A stretch of 64,000 bases of DNA, taken from Owenia fusiformis (lineage: Eukaryota). The notes beneath the pieces were generated by a model, which was not told the origin of the DNA, did no database searches, and worked only from the letters and a program-made list of their open reading frames with translations. The DNA lies in the NCBI GenBank assembly GCA_903813345.2, contig CAIIXF020000001.1:39742001-39806000 (forward strand), given 5' to 3'. The first letter of the stretch is position 1, and the number at the start of each line of letters is the position of its first letter. The translations under genes and the position numbers were made by a program. Positions 12,001 through 25,562 of this stretch are shown piece by piece.

Positions 12001-14678
12001 AAGGAAGTATGGATTCTGGACACCTGCTTAGGAGAATGATGTGCTCAGATCACAGAATATGCCTCATAATATTAGAGCATGTTTCAGGTGAAACAGAAAG
12101 ATGCTATGAGTATCAGAATGCACTGACATAGTATCTTGAGTAAGGTACTAGATTCTTAGCAGCGTGAATAAGTGTAGACCACTGCTGACCAATAAAGGTT
12201 GTGTGCTTTTAACATTGAGTTTGTCATTTGAATGTAGGAGACACACAACCTATTGATCCTTCCGCCGAGTGGGAAGACAAATAGATGGCATTACAAAAAC
12301 AAAAATATAGTCCAATTATTGTAATTACATTAACATCACCAGTGGTTGGATTTTGGTAAGTACATGAATGAAAAAGTGTATGTATGGACCAACTCTAAGA
12401 CATGATTTGATGTGATTAAGGTGCATTTTCTTAAAGAAATTTGACCTTTTTGACTTGCCTCCATCTGTCAAAATCAGAATGACATTTTTGACATTTTCTA
12501 TAGATGGCGTCTTCAACAGGTGAGATCTTTTGATTTTCGTGGGGAGTTTTGATTCAAACTTTTTTGACTGACAGAGGACATACTGGGTATGATGGAATGA
12601 TAGCAAAACATGTCCACAAATCTTAGTTTTCTCTGGAAGACAGATCGTTTGTATGGGAATACGCATGTTATAACAATTAGTTGGATTAACCCGTACCCAT
12701 AGCGGTTGTGCAGGTTTTCACGATTCGCAATAGATTGACACAAATATATTCATAATGTATACAGGAACACATCTTTGATATCTAAATACAATCAAAATTA
12801 TCCTCCAATTTTTTGAAATAGAACCAGCAGATGACAATATTCATATTCTTTTTTATTATATCATAATAAAAAAGAAAAACGATAAATTTAATTATCATAT
12901 CTATACTTAGTTCATAGTTCCTGGAATTACACAAGAAAAAACGCTAAAAGCGCTTAAATGGAAAGCGCTTTACAAAATCGCCATCCTGATTACACTAACG
13001 TTTCTAAAGCGCCTTAGGAATTTTATTTTGGAATTACACCTTTCATTTCTAAAACGCCTTTCGTGCACTTTTAACGATGTAGATATGGAGAATATCCAGC
13101 AGATGTGTACATCTACAATAAATGTATTCTTTTAGCCTTTAAGAGAAAACGTAACCAAGACTTTTGTCAGTGATGTGAACTTACTTTCAATTTTTGCGAT
13201 ATTATTTGATGACCTTGCATTTTTGGGTCCCATCCATCATTTCCTGTATTTTTGCGGTGGCCCAAATGTGTACAGCATTCGAAATACGTCGTATCTCGTT
13301 TAGGGCAAATGGTAAAAACCGGGTAAGGCGTTTTACAAAAACCGACCGGTATTACACTACACTCCAAAAGCGCCTAACGATTTAAAGTGCCCGATAAACT
13401 ATAAAATGCGCATGCGTCCAGGTGTTGATAAACTATAAATAGCGAAAATCCAGGGTTTGTCACCACAAGGTAAGCCAGGACGTGTTGAGAGAACAGCTAG
13501 TGTTGATATTGAATTTACATGTAGCCAGATAAGTTTCCTTATTGAAATTACATATGGTTATTAGCAATACTTTGTAGGTGCTAAATAATAAAATATTTAG
13601 AGTATATATGAGAGAAATTGGTCATTTCGAACCTGTTGAAAAGTTTGTGGCTCTCGGCTACACCGGGGAATTTACTTCCATGAGTACACACATAAATGTG
13701 GGGTTCCCCAAGAGGTACGCGACAAGGTGACCTGGCATCAAAAGTGCGACTAAATGCTACTATCGAGAAGATAAAATAACGAATACGACAATAAGTTATT
13801 GCATGTGACAATTCCGAGCCTTCATCTCACTGAAGTATTTTGAAGTGAAAATAGGATTTTTGTTTTGATACATGGATTCAGATGAACGTAACTTTATTCT
13901 GACAACTAATCAAAACTGAACAAAATTGATTGTACGTAACAGACAATTTATTGTTTTACAATGTTTTGATTGGCTAAACGAATGAAACCAACAAATTATG
14001 ACATGTAAAATGACAATTTTGAAATGTAAAATTTAAAAGTGACATACACAACCTCCCTATCCACTCTTTGGGAGCCCTAGTAAATTAGTAATATGTACAT
14101 GCAGCAGTGGTAGTGTACAGCTTATTATCACACTACGCTTTGTATTCTAAAGCCTGTTGTTTGTAATAACACTGTTCACTCAACGTATGTTTTGTGTGTG
14201 GGCAGTCAACGATAATCATTGTTTTATCCCGGTTATATGACCTCGGCAATTATAACAGAACCGTACTAAACGAAAAAACGCAAATAAGAGAAAGCTTTCA
14301 CACACATATAAAAAATGAACTAGTCTAATCCGCCAGTATAAACTCTGTGCTATACGTAGCCGGGTCAGGCGCACACTTTAAGGCGTTTTTTAGTGACTAG
14401 GGTTCTAGGAGTTTTGGAAAAGCGCTTTTGTAAATACGCAATCGTGATTACACCTATTTTTCAAACTGGGTTAAAACCTTAGGCGCCTTTCTAAATAGTT
14501 CAACGTCGTTAAACTCAATAACGGCGTTCTTTATTATTAGGAATTTTTTCTTGGGGCCATTATTGAGTTTAACCTCCATGCTATTCTTTCCTTTGATGCA
14601 AGTTGTGGATCTATCGAAACCACTTTTCCTCGCTAATATGACACTGATACTTAACAATAATATAAAACCACATTTCAT
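9020..14678 (-). pseudogene. Near full-length multi-cysteine-cluster Toll-like pseudogene remnant 4
   Basis: ATG at 14678 opens a signal peptide MKCGFILLLSISVILA. Then FTSKYFSEMK/ITYCRIRYF (~13840); IRKLIWLHVNSI..PCGDKPWIF (~13540); LIL*GIFCDLST (~12060); TWREIV..STTNLEVPNKYFSS (~11500-11410); MQHLQMSNRGTE (~11370); SDNRWHFKSKNICSYCNYI (~11110, LRRCT). TIR part reads YYLAYSSMQF..FEQPLY**FC (9480-9370) and LEDIISAVF (~9300). Order matches protostome Toll architecture. Confidence 0.65.
10845..12530. repeat. Pair of inverted dispersed repeat copies (~10845-10980 and ~12418-12530)
   Basis: AAGATCTCACCTGTTGAA..CATCTATAGAAAATG..AAAAGGTCAAATT..AGAAAATGCACCT is present in reverse complement in the second copy. 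Confidence 0.65.
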
Positions 14679-14729
14679 CAGGCGATTTCACATAATATTA
14701 TTGTGTTAAATGTTCATTTTTAATCGTAA

Positions 14730-15880
14730 AATGAGTCTTATTCTTACCAATTTATGAGACGAATATTTCAACCGGCAATGTCTGTCTGTGCGTCGCCAAA
14801 GTAAACTTGGTCAGCGAAACGAAATTGTTCTTCAATATTGATATTTATTATAACCATCCAGTATGACACGAATCTTTGCTTTATTCAAACAGCGCGTGTA
14901 TTCACCCAAGTTTACTCTATTGTTATTTATAAAAACTTTAAAAAGCAATACTCGCAACATTATTGATGCATTTGATAACTGGTAATTTCAGCTCAAAGAA
15001 ATATAGATGTCATTGATTGTGCTAGATTGTGATTGTGTTGAATAATTGTGCCTAAATATTAAATTATGGTAATTGTTTATGGTTTTCTGCTTGCAAAAAC
15101 GTACCTAGGAATACACTCAATTGTTTATAACTGGGATCATGTATTTTACTCAGCATACATGCTTTGTAACAATTGTTACATTTTAATAACTTCAATGTTT
15201 ATCGCAAGCCTCCTACAGTAATACAATATTTTGTACTTATATATAGGATAACCGGGGTTCGTTTCGTTTTATGAACTTGTTTCGTTCAGTGTTGCTAACG
15301 GCGGTTTATTCCTGAAAGGATTTGCCATTTCGATGTTACCGGAACCAGAACAGAGTTTTCTAAACTAAGAAAAAGCCTTCTCCCAACATTTTCATAATTA
15401 TACATCGATGAGGTTACAGGGGGGTATGTGATGATTTGTATTTATTCATAAGGTATGTATGCATGCGTTGATCACATTATTTCTGTAACGATACCATCTT
15501 ATTACGGTTTAATTCGTTCCGCATGTCGAAACCTGCTGAACGATTAAATGATCGCATCAAGGGCAAAATCATCATGGAAGTTAGACCTAGCCGGGGCCAT
15601 AAGACATGTCAGATAAGAAACGAGGCCCAGGCTAGGTCTAATGTTGTTGGACTACTTTCTAAAACGCATGGTGTAATTCCAGCAAGTGTTGAGTCCCGCA
15701 CTAATGAGTATGATGTTGCTAGAATAGATTTGGGAAATTACCCTGCGCGCAGAGTCTAGTTATAAACTGAAAACGAAGCTCTCTTTTGAGAACCAAAGTC
15801 GAACGACTGCAAATGGTACCGGGAAATGCATTGTCCTCGCCAATTATCTGTATTTTTCTTGTGCCATTGGAAACTATTTG
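14730..15880 (+). pseudogene. TLR-like pseudogene remnant 5 (LRRCT-TM-TIR)
   Basis: 14965-15042 reads DAFDNW*FQLKEI*MSLIVLDCDCVE (LRRCT). ~15280-15340 reads LFRSVLLTAVYS*KDLPFRCYR (TM end). 15422 reads GYVMICIYS*GMYACVDHII (TIR box1-like). ORF 15523 includes IRNEAQARSNVVGLLSKTH. Confidence 0.45.
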
Positions 15881-16249
15881 CTTCTTTTCAATGTGCTGTT
15901 GAATTTCATGCTGATTTATAAACTCTACAGAGTTTACATCTTCAAGTGAAAATAGTTAATTCATGTTTCAAATATTCGAAATGAAGTACATGTTGATTTC
16001 AAGTCCACTTCTGCCTGGTGACTCTCGGGAGGTGACTCTGATTATCCTCGTGACTGTCACGTGATAATGCCTCCCAAGACCGCCAATGCTCCAACAAGTT
16101 ATGTCATGCGATTGCATCAAAGCAGTATATTATGATACTCACGATCTGTTCTCGTAGCAGTATAATCATTTCGAGAGCTGTTCTAGCAACATTATAATTC
16201 AAAAATAAAAATTGCCATATATAAAGAAATATAAGTTCCTTTTGGCTGC

Positions 16250-16500
16250 ATATTTGGCTCTGAAAGACTGTATACATATGACATACACTAGACTCAAAAT
16301 ACTCGAAAGGTCTAATGGAAATTCCCTGCGTTTGGAATCTACGGGGATTTCGTGATCTTCAATAGTTGTTTCTTGAAATTCTGTTGTAGGTCAAAATTAA
16401 GGTATATAATGAATGAATCCATATCTATCTAAATGCTAAAAAATAAAAAATATACAATTTATTTGGAGCTATAACAATAACATTATGCAGCACTACTTAC
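16250..16500 (+). pseudogene. Isolated LRR fragment
   Basis: Reads TLDSKYSKGLMEIPCVWNLRGFRDLQ*LFLEIL at ~16285-16385. Confidence 0.35.
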
Positions 16501-18059
16501 CGCAATAATAAGCCAAATATGTCGAGTCATTTTTGGTCGCGTATGTTTTTTTCTTGATAAGTGCCTAGAGTTAGAGTATATTGCGATACGGCTATATCCT
16601 GTGCATACTTCGCCAACTGCAAGTCGAAATGATATTAGACAGGCTTAAGATACAGACTTAGATCGATCACTTGAACAAACAATTATTGAAGTTATTGTTG
16701 CATCATTGTTCATCTTCCTTATCGCTTCTATCTCATCATCGATCTCATCTAGCCGATCACTCGAGTAATTATCTCCGAAAGCAGTCGTCTAATTGAGCGA
16801 CAACTGACCCCTAAAGCAGGGAGCTCATCCGCTACCATCAAGCACCACTCGTCTAATCAAACCTGCCAGAAGCCGTATTACTTTACTGAGTTATTACGGA
16901 ATAGTATATTAGCTTTTATATTATTATGTATGTTCATGAAATCAAAAAATATCATAACATTAATTTGATATAATGAATTATTAAGTCAGATTCCGATCGT
17001 TCACAAAGGTTGTGTAAGGTTGTTTGGTATAACTGTCTAGTGTCTAGGCTAAAAGGATGTGGTATCGATCCGTTGGTAGTGAGATGAATGGGACTGCTTG
17101 ATTTTTCTGACGAGAGGGAATAAAAAGGAGAAGTCAACGTCCAAACCATTATCGCGAATAACCAATTTCCATCGTAAATTCTTAAAAGTCTGTTAAAATT
17201 TGTGATATGAAAAAATCTAGTCGATTAAAGACACACATTGGTCTGCACACCTATTGGTCAGGTCGAGTGAATCCAGAATGCCCTGTATGAGTTGTCGACT
17301 TTTAAAAGTCGCATTGATTATGTAATTTCGGACAGTACAACAGCTAAAATCCAAGGCTGAGCTTTGCCTGTTATATGCTACAACACGTCTGCATATTGTC
17401 GCTTAACCCAATTCTATCAATGATATTCAATAAACTCAATTTAACGATGCTCCAATTAATTAAGGAAAGTGCATATTTTGATTTGCTCCGAGAATCCATA
17501 TTTTCTCGCCTCCATATGATTGATACCATAGTGGTGTCATGGTTTTCTAATATAAGGTTTCGTCAGACCATGTGGTGCGCAACACTCATTTTTTATCTTC
17601 AATTATACTAATGAACATTCCAACGAATGCATCAGTCAAAACAACAAACCTTCCAAAAACTAAATTTTATCAACAGCCAGTATATTGTGTCCTCCCGATT
17701 ACTGTTTTGAATCATCGTGCTTCATGAACAATTAACGGCGATGGCTCAGTGATGGATCTAGACCCCTTGACACCCCTTGATTTTTCCTATCAATTATAAT
17801 TTGTGTCCGGACGTTCAGGACTGTATGAGTACCAACCATCATGAGTACAACAACCGAATTCGATGTCAAAAGTTTTTTAAATGGTTCTTCAGCGTGTTTT
17901 GTTGACTTCAGTATGAATAGAATGTACCATTGACCATGGTCATTTGGTTGTCGATTGTAATATGAATGTGAATGTCACTGATTCTTTGTGATTCAATTTA
18001 TAATTTGGATGGTTGGTTTTGCTTTTCTTTGATCGGTTGTTCTCTTGAATGATTTACAC

Positions 18060-18640
18060 ATGTCAGAGTTCAACCAGTGACTGGTCCAAAAGGAAATGTT
18101 AATGACAATACAAATGCTCAAAACAAACTTAGTAATTATACAGGAGTTCCTCAAGGATCAGCATTAGGACCCTTGGAGTTCATATTATATGTGAATGACC
18201 TTCCAAATAATTTGCTTTCAAAAACCTTTCTTTCTTGCGGATGACAGATCAGTCTATAACTCCTACGAGAAAAACAAGATATTGACATACACCAGCCTAT
18301 TCAAAATAATATACTTTCTATACCTGAAAAACTACTTTTAAAAAATAAATAAAAAACACAAAAATTGTCGTTTTGATCTTCACGGGAACTAGAAACTTAA
18401 TTATCTAACCACCTCCTTTATACTAAGATGAGATGAAGTGATGCCGAGATGTAATAGACACGAGCTTTTGAATGTTAATGATCAAGTCTAGTAATTACCT
18501 TGATGAGACCTTTAATATAGCTTAATAAAATTCTCGAGAGTTAACACTTTGAAACAATACAAAATGCATTCATTGTACCATATCTTGATTACAGTGACAT
18601 AATTTTCGGTAAAACCCCAAATGCTGATAAGCTGTTTTTA
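18060..18640 (+). mobile_element. Degenerate non-LTR retrotransposon (CR1/L2-like) reverse transcriptase fragment
   Basis: Reads TGVPQGSALGPLEFILYVNDLP..(frameshift)LADD at ~18140-18246 and NAFIVPYLDYSDIIFG at ~18563-18610. Confidence 0.8.
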
Positions 18641-18798
18641 TCAAATGGGGGCCTTTTTAAAATCCATGATCAACTGTCATCTTGAAAATTGTCCCTGGGT
18701 AGCAGCATATAAAATTTGAACCAATCCGTCAACTGGTATTTGAGTCATCAAAGATAGCATTTTTTACGGAAAATGGAGGCTATTTTGGAGTTCAGCTG

Positions 18799-19316
18799 AA
18801 AAGGAGGACGGAAAGTATCGCAATAGATTTCGGACAGTCATATGTTGGATTTTGGCTGTATCAATATGTTGAAAACACTTGAAAGGAATAAGTAATTCCT
18901 TCAGGGATTTTAAAGGTATCCATTATGGGTGACCAAAATTAAGCTGAAAGCAATGGACCGCATGAGTTTTCCCTATGGGAAAATAACATTGGAAATATTG
19001 TTTTCCACTTTATCTAAAATGAGTTACTTATATAAGCGTATAACTGTCTCAAAACGCAACATATTGATGCAACAAAAATTGAAAAAGCAGGGGGTTGGTA
19101 TTGAAGGGGTTGAAAATGAGGACAACATTTCAGCAAAATGTGGGTGGATTGTTTGCATCTTCCCTGGCTCAAGTCGAAATTATTTCATCATCTCTATGAG
19201 TGCTTTTCCTGGAGGTAATGCATTGGCCTAACACATGTTTAGATCCTCAGAAATCAGCCAAAATCCAACATACGGCTGCCCGAAATTTGTTGCGATACTT
19301 TCCGTCCTCCTTTCAT
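18799..19316. mobile_element. MITE with ~60-bp terminal inverted repeats
   Basis: AAAGGAGGACGGAAAGTATCGCAA..ATGTTGGATTTTGGCTG is the inverse of CAGCCAAAATCCAACAT..TTGCGATACTTTCCGTCCTCCTTT. Confidence 0.7.
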
Positions 19317-19849
19317 CTCGAGGTAGAGTTCTCTCATCAACATGTAAAATTCAAGCAAAATCCATCCACTCATATTTGAGTTGTGTCATCATTTTCAAAG
19401 TTTTTCGCCATCTTGAAAATTTTGGGCAGAGCTTGTTTGTCCCTGGGCATCAGCATATACTATTTGAACCATATATGTCCACTAAGAGGAGGAAAAGCCC
19501 CAGAGTTTAAAAATGACAGACATAATTACGCTCTTGCTTCGTTCCTTCGTTCGAATTTTCATCGGCTAGTTATCAAATACTACACTTTGATGGGATGTTT
19601 TAATTGATATAGGCATATTCCGTTATTCTTTATCTTGATGTGAAATGAGAAGCTATCATATTGTTAAACACGCCAGAAATGAACATAGTATTATTCGAAG
19701 CGTATTTCGAAAATTTTGAAACCGCCATTGATGACGTCATTTGTTTGTCGATTTTTGACCAATCAGCGACGATGTCATCTCAATACAGATTTCGTTATAA
19801 ACTTATACCATCTTTGAACCCTAGTGTTTCTCCCCCTCTGCTGTCCACT

Positions 19850-20280
19850 GGTGGCTGAGGTATCACAGATTACGTTTTTATGCAAAATGGCGGCCATTTT
19901 GAAATCCAGTGGCCATCTTAAAAACAACTTTTTAAACAGAGCTGCGTTTTTCCTTGGCATCACCATTATAATAGTTGAACCAAATCTGTCATTTGGCATT
20001 TGAGTTATGAAAGATTACATAATTTTACGAAAAATGGCGGCCATTTTGAAATTCAGCCACCATCTTGAAAATTCTCTCTCAATTTGAGTAAATGTGTCCC
20101 TATAGGCATCAGTATATAAACTTTAGACCAAATCCGTTTACTGGTATTTGAGTTATCAAAGATTAGGTTTTTATGAAAATGGCGGCCATTATGAAATTCA
20201 GACACGGACTGACGGACGGACGGACAGACTGACGGCTTTCCTTTAACCCCCTGGGATTTTGTTCGGTGGGATAACAAAAA
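19850..20280 (+). mobile_element. Helentron-associated (HINE/DINE-like) non-autonomous element
   Basis: Three ~150-bp internal repeats with an AAAATGGCGGCCAT core (19884, 20031, 20176), then a GACG/GACA microsatellite (20200-20236), a short imperfect 3' stem-loop and an A-run. Confidence 0.6.
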
Positions 20281-22486
20281 CATTAGTGAGATAAGAGTGT
20301 AAGAGGAATATTTACAGTGAATAATAAAGCAAATATTTAATTCTATTTTTTGATGAATACCTGTGTATGTTTCACAACTTCAATATTCGAATATTGCTTA
20401 TGAACGATATACGTATTCACCTTATAATAAATGGAATATTTGACTGTATAATATTCATAAATTCAGCCAGGGCTGTTTTTGATGATTCAAAAATTGAAAG
20501 CAACTCATGATCAGATTACCCTCTAAGTGGACCAACAATGACGTCATAATTATATTATATCGTTTCTAGTATACGATCTAATAGATGGGATTCCGATGCA
20601 TCGGGGTAATAATTAAGCCAATTGTGTCGTAGCTTGAACGCCATCTTATCTGAATGCATTTTGATGGAACATTGTTTCCATCTGAAATCCCATGAGAAGA
20701 AAGTTAGCATTCGGAAATGAGATGAAGTGTCGTGTCGTTACAAACGGTCTTATCTTTATTGTATTGTAGGATCATAAGGCATGTATCTGACTATTAAAAT
20801 GGACAGCATGAATTATAGGTTGACCATGGGAATCAGTATTTCTGAAGGCTCTTTTATCCTAATATAAAGAATGAAAGCCGACAATATTGTTCATTTATAT
20901 TTGTCATGCAAGGTTATTCAAATTGAGCCAGCCAATAGCGAATTTGAAAGACCTTTTAAAAAAGTGGGAAATTGCGCAACTGCTGCCGTAACATCACCAA
21001 TATGTTAAACTAAGTGCATGTATCCCCAACAAATAATATAAGTTATAGTATCCAAGCCATTTCGTTATTCAAAACGTTTTGAGCTGAATTATATCAAATG
21101 CATTTGCATTGGGATTTGGGACATGTCTTTTTGTTATATCGTAATTACAAGGCCGAGTTCATTATTTTATCACCCCGGCACCGTATCGATTTAATCAAGA
21201 CTTGTTCTAAATTTCTTCACGCATAAATGCATTCAATTCATTTATGACTTTCCAAACTATTCCACAAATATCCTATGCGCCGTATAACAGCTTTTAGCCA
21301 TCGTTCATAATATGTATGTCATTATTCAGATTTAGACTACTAGTAGTCGAAAATGAACTGAAATTACTCCTTCGATAAATCTATTTTTGCAACTGCTTTA
21401 TCTATTTTTGCTTTCATGTCTTGTTACAGAGTGGACCATTCAGGTCATTGACGTCGTTGTTTTACTATCCCGTAGGATTAATAACATGAATTTGCACTAA
21501 TATAGACTATTAATTAGCAAGTACATCGGGATCAAATATTATTTGACCGCCTGTAGAATTCAAACGAGGATTGGCCAGAAGTCAGAAAGCCGCATCGAAG
21601 GAAGATGAAAACTAATAAACACAAAACTTCTCAGATACAAGCATTGATCATCACGGAGTATTGTCTTGGTATTAGCTAAAGAACAGTTAGGATCAAACGC
21701 TCGATCGGACACGATGCGATATATAACACCTGATCAGCCAGCCTCGCCTGAGCAAGCTGTTTTGGTCACGCTCGCCACACGTTCTCAAGTGCGCCACGCC
21801 CGATCCGGACGATAAACCTTAACCGACTGTCTAGCATGTTGCTATGGTTGCTCATTTTTTGAGCCCAAACGTTTGTACATGTAGGGCCTCAATAAATGGG
21901 CCTTTTTCTTTTGGCATTACTTGGACTTTAAAACCAAATTATCAATATGGACCAAAAAGGCCCACTTATTGAGGCCCTGCAAAATTTTCTTTCAAAATTT
22001 GTGTCCAATTCTTGGATTTATGGGTCCAAAACAATTTTCGGATTTGAAATGTGCCAAACCCCCTCCCTTGTTAGCTTCTGGATCCGCTAGTGAGTTCTAT
22101 GTGATTCATAACGATTCCGACATTTATTCTTTCCTTTACACTTTTTATTTGCTATATAACCAGGAAAAAGCAGTCCTTATTTCCTGTTTTGATAATCAAC
22201 ATTCAATGCTGCCCTGTCTTGATATTGCATTTTTCCAAGACTATACTCTCTATCTGTGCTTTTTCTTTTTCATATAAGTACATTCCCCTTCATCAATATT
22301 TAATCTGCACCACAAAATTAAAAATATTCACTGTAAATTGTATTATGCATCAACTTTGACTTAATTGCTAGCTACATTGACAGATGTGCCACGAAATGAT
22401 CCACGAATTATAGCGCAGTTTTAAGTGCACAATCCCAAGATTTGAATAATGTTTTTGTAAAAGAAAGTCAAAAACATTCGAAAATC

Positions 22487-23092
22487 ACGGATCGGACGTA
22501 CTTAGAACCGTTTGGGATCTATTTACATAACTTGAATAGGTAGGCCCACCAGAACTTAGAGCATGCTCAAAATTTTCTGGTGGGCGTCACGTTCTGTAAT
22601 TAGAGTGACAACATACTTAAGACGAGCTGGGCGTACTACGACCGGAACTCTCGTAGTTCCATCCTAGAAGGGACGTTTTTAGAACGAGTTGAATCGTCTG
22701 AGGACGTATTGAGAACGAGGTAGAACTAAATTATGTGTGAACGGAATTATCGTAGCTGCAACTTTCTATGGTCTATTTACGAACTTCATGGAATGTGCTG
22801 GAACGGAAGAAGGATTTAGAATTCTGTGTGACAAGGTACTTCAAACAAGATGACCTACTAGACTAGGAACGTAATTGCCGTACTTCGACCCTATTAGGGA
22901 CGCGTTAACGACGTCGTTGTGAAATCGGATATCAATTGCAGTACGTGTGCAAACCGACACGTACGACTTGAACGAACTGCGGATGAGGTGGACGTATCAA
23001 TCGAAGACTGTTCATGTCAGATTTAGCCCGTTTAACGACTTTTTGCAGGCTGGAAAGAACGGTTGAGAACTACTTTTGTGTGATAGGAGGGC
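22487..23092 (-). mobile_element. Partial inverted copy of the Harbinger-like MITE at 42714-43523
   Basis: AGAACCGTTTGGGATCTATTTAC and adjacent blocks are reverse complements of 43200-43460. Ends with TGTGATAGGAGGG. Confidence 0.7.
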
Positions 23093-23211
23093 TCGCGCCA
23101 GCATTGGCTCTCGATACGTTCAATTTTGGATCACGTCTAACGGTATCAATTTTCTCTCTCGTGCTCTCGTGACTATGCAGCACATGCCCTACTAGTGTTA
23201 TATCTGTTGTA

Positions 23212-24086
23212 CACTCCCCTCCATATGTTTGGCAACCTTTTTCCCCCCATTGAACTACGTGTTAAAGCCTCTTTACCTTTGAATTTTTATTTACTTAACC
23301 TGCGATGAAAATACTTATACTATTAATGGAAACGTAATTTGACTTTAATTCCAATACCTCCAACTTTTTTCAAGTTTTTTCCTCAATTACAATAGGTCGA
23401 AAATTGATGATAAATTTGATGAATTTTTGAAAATCGACATTCCCATGTTAACCAATGGGAAATGGTAGGTTTGCCGCAAGTCATATGACAGAATATCCAT
23501 CCATCCGAGTCCTTGCAAAAATACGAGTTAGGCAGGCAATTGAATTTGCTAACTTTATTTAACAAAAAATTGATATGTTTCTTCAGGTTCAACAAAGTTA
23601 TAGGGCTTTAAAGTCAAAATTGTTTTTCAAAAAACCTCTCCCATTGAAATAAAACAGGAGGCGAAAAATTATTTTCAAAAATGACTTTGAAGCGCTGTAA
23701 CTTTAATATTCATCAAATAAACTAAACACTTAGTGTTCAAAAAAGTTAGACAATTCAATTTTTTATATAAAAATATTTTTTGCTGAATCTTTTACTGAAA
23801 AGATATCCCGATTTCTGATTTGCCCCGAACCCTCCTTTTCCAATTGGATTACATGGGAATAACGATTTTCAAAAATTCATCAAATTTATCATCAATTTTC
23901 GACCTATTATAATTGAGGAAAAAAATTGAGAAAATTTGGAGGTATTGGAAATAAAGTCAAGTTACGTTTCCATCAGTATTATAAGTTATTATATCGCAGG
24001 TTAAGTAAATAAAAATTCCAACGTAAAGAGGCTTTAACACGTAGTTCAATGGGGAAAAAAGGTTGCCAAACTTATGAAGGGGAGTG
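23212..24086. mobile_element. Tc1/mariner-type MITE, ~230-bp TIRs, TA target duplication
   Basis: Ends read TA|CACTCCCCTCCATATGTTTGGCAACC and GGTTGCCAAACTTATGAAGGGGAGTG|TA. Arms 23212-23448 and 23850-24086. Confidence 0.9.
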
Positions 24087-24792
24087 TATGTAGGTACATT
24101 TGTCATTCAATGAGACTAATCGTTTTTGATCGACTGGACGAATGATATAACATGTCCTGATCAAGGATTTGGATATAATATCGTTAAATCAATGCATAGT
24201 TGTTTGTGTTTGTAATCAATATACAAGAATTCTTTCAGACCTTGTTATCTGTTGCCAAATGTACGGAACACTCTGTATAACTAAATACATCTTGGATTGT
24301 ATTATTACGCACCCTTCTCTATAATTAGCCATAATGGGACGATATATCTCAGAGGTTAAGTGGTTGTTGGCATATATGGCAATTATTGTGCATTATCACA
24401 TGTCTCGTGGGTGCAACGTTATATTTCACTTTTTCCCCCGAGACATTTTTTGTTGAAAAATTACTGATTTGGTTCAAAACGTCAGGTACATGTTTGGTGA
24501 TGCTATTGTATAGGCTGCCAGTATGGAATTCTGAGAATAAAATATACATGTAATAGTATTTACTATTCTGCAATGTCATACAGACACTGAAATGAAATTG
24601 TTATACTTTTGATATAGGTTTCTGTTGAGCTTTGTAAGATTTAAAGGTATATAAGATAACGAAATACGTATATTTCTTAGTAAATAAAACACAATATACA
24701 GCTGAACATAACCAGTTTCCAATATTTCAAACATTGTTAAAGTAAAAGAATAACGAAAAAGCCTAATTTCAAACTTTATAATTTGTTATACT

Positions 24793-25068
24793 CACTGGCG
24801 GATCTGGAGGGGGGGGGGGGGTGGGCCCAGAAAAAAATTGGGCCCAATTGAAAATTTAGGCCAAAAAGACCTTAAGGCCCCAAAAGGTGGGCCTTTTTGG
24901 TCATTACTGGGCCTTTTGAGGCCTCATTTTTAATTTCAGGTCAAATTTTGAAGAAAATGGGCCTCAAAATTTCAAAATTTGGGCCCACTTTTGGGTTATA
25001 GGTGAATTTTTTTTCTCTGACCTGAAATTTGCCCCCCCCCCCCTTATTGTTTCCCAGATCCGCCCCTG
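24793..25068. mobile_element. Short GC-ended hAT-like MITE
   Basis: Termini CACTGGCGGATCTGG and CCAGATCCGCCCCTG with G/C runs. Related partial copy at ~21884-22092. No TSD seen. Confidence 0.65.
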
Positions 25069-25375
25069 ATACAAATACAATCAGTGTGGCAGTGAAGTTC
25101 AAATGCCATATTTGTCTTTTGTAATAATTTATTACTAGAGAATGTTCAAATAGAATTGCCTCCCTGACAAGATTCCTATCTTGATACTGTTGAATGTGTA
25201 ATACGTCATCAGATCGTGTGTTCTCTATTTGTAACGCTATCCGTAATGGCGTGTACCTCTTAGTCTTGAGGGTCATGCTATCAAATATGTGTCGCAATTT
25301 CCAATTGTAACTTATATTATACTTACAATAATTTATAAGATAGTTTCTAAATAGCAGAAAAAGCAATGAAATCTA

Positions 25376-25562
25376 GTGCTGCCATCTTTTATTCAGCTTT
25401 TAATTTGGGCTAGAGTTCCATTCACTTACATGCTAAAATCTTGGAAAAGTGGCTTAATTTCATGATTTATCAAAGAGTGTTAGTTGAATCTGTATGATAT
25501 ACTACATGATGACCCTGTTTATGTACATGCTGTGATTGAACATGCAAATGTTGGTTGACATA
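25376..25562 (+). repeat. Dispersed repeat, second copy at 31933-32130
   Basis: GTGCTGCCATCTTT..ATTCAGCTTTTAATTTGGGCTAGAGTTCC..CATGCAAATGTTG is near-identical at both sites. Confidence 0.8.

Larger units (their letters stand above)
17230..21880 (+). pseudogene. Near full-length Toll-like pseudogene remnant 6, interrupted by LINE, MITE and HINE-like insertions
   Basis: ORF 17375 includes IFNKLNLTMLQL..RESIFSRLHMIDTIVVSW..TMWCATLIFYLQL. Then VSQLQYSNIAY..NIHKFSQGCF**FKN*KQL (~20370-20510); LIDGIPMHRGNN (~20580); DNIVHLYLSCKVI (~20880); TM LFLQLLYLFLLSCLV..IQV (~21380). TIR part reads DQILFDRL*NSNEDWPEV (21530) and SRSIVLVLAKEQLGSN (21651). Confidence 0.6.
22090..25370 (-). pseudogene. Toll-like pseudogene remnant 7, interrupted by three MITEs
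   Basis: Reads LINYCKYNISYNWKLRHI (~25340); SLYNSITKHVPDVLNQISNFSTKNVSGEKVKY (ORF 24349-24579); TTDITLVGHVLHS (~23205); IVHLKLRYNSWII (~22430, LRRCT-like); KQEIRTAFSWLYSK (~22190, Toll juxtamembrane-like). Confidence 0.55.
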
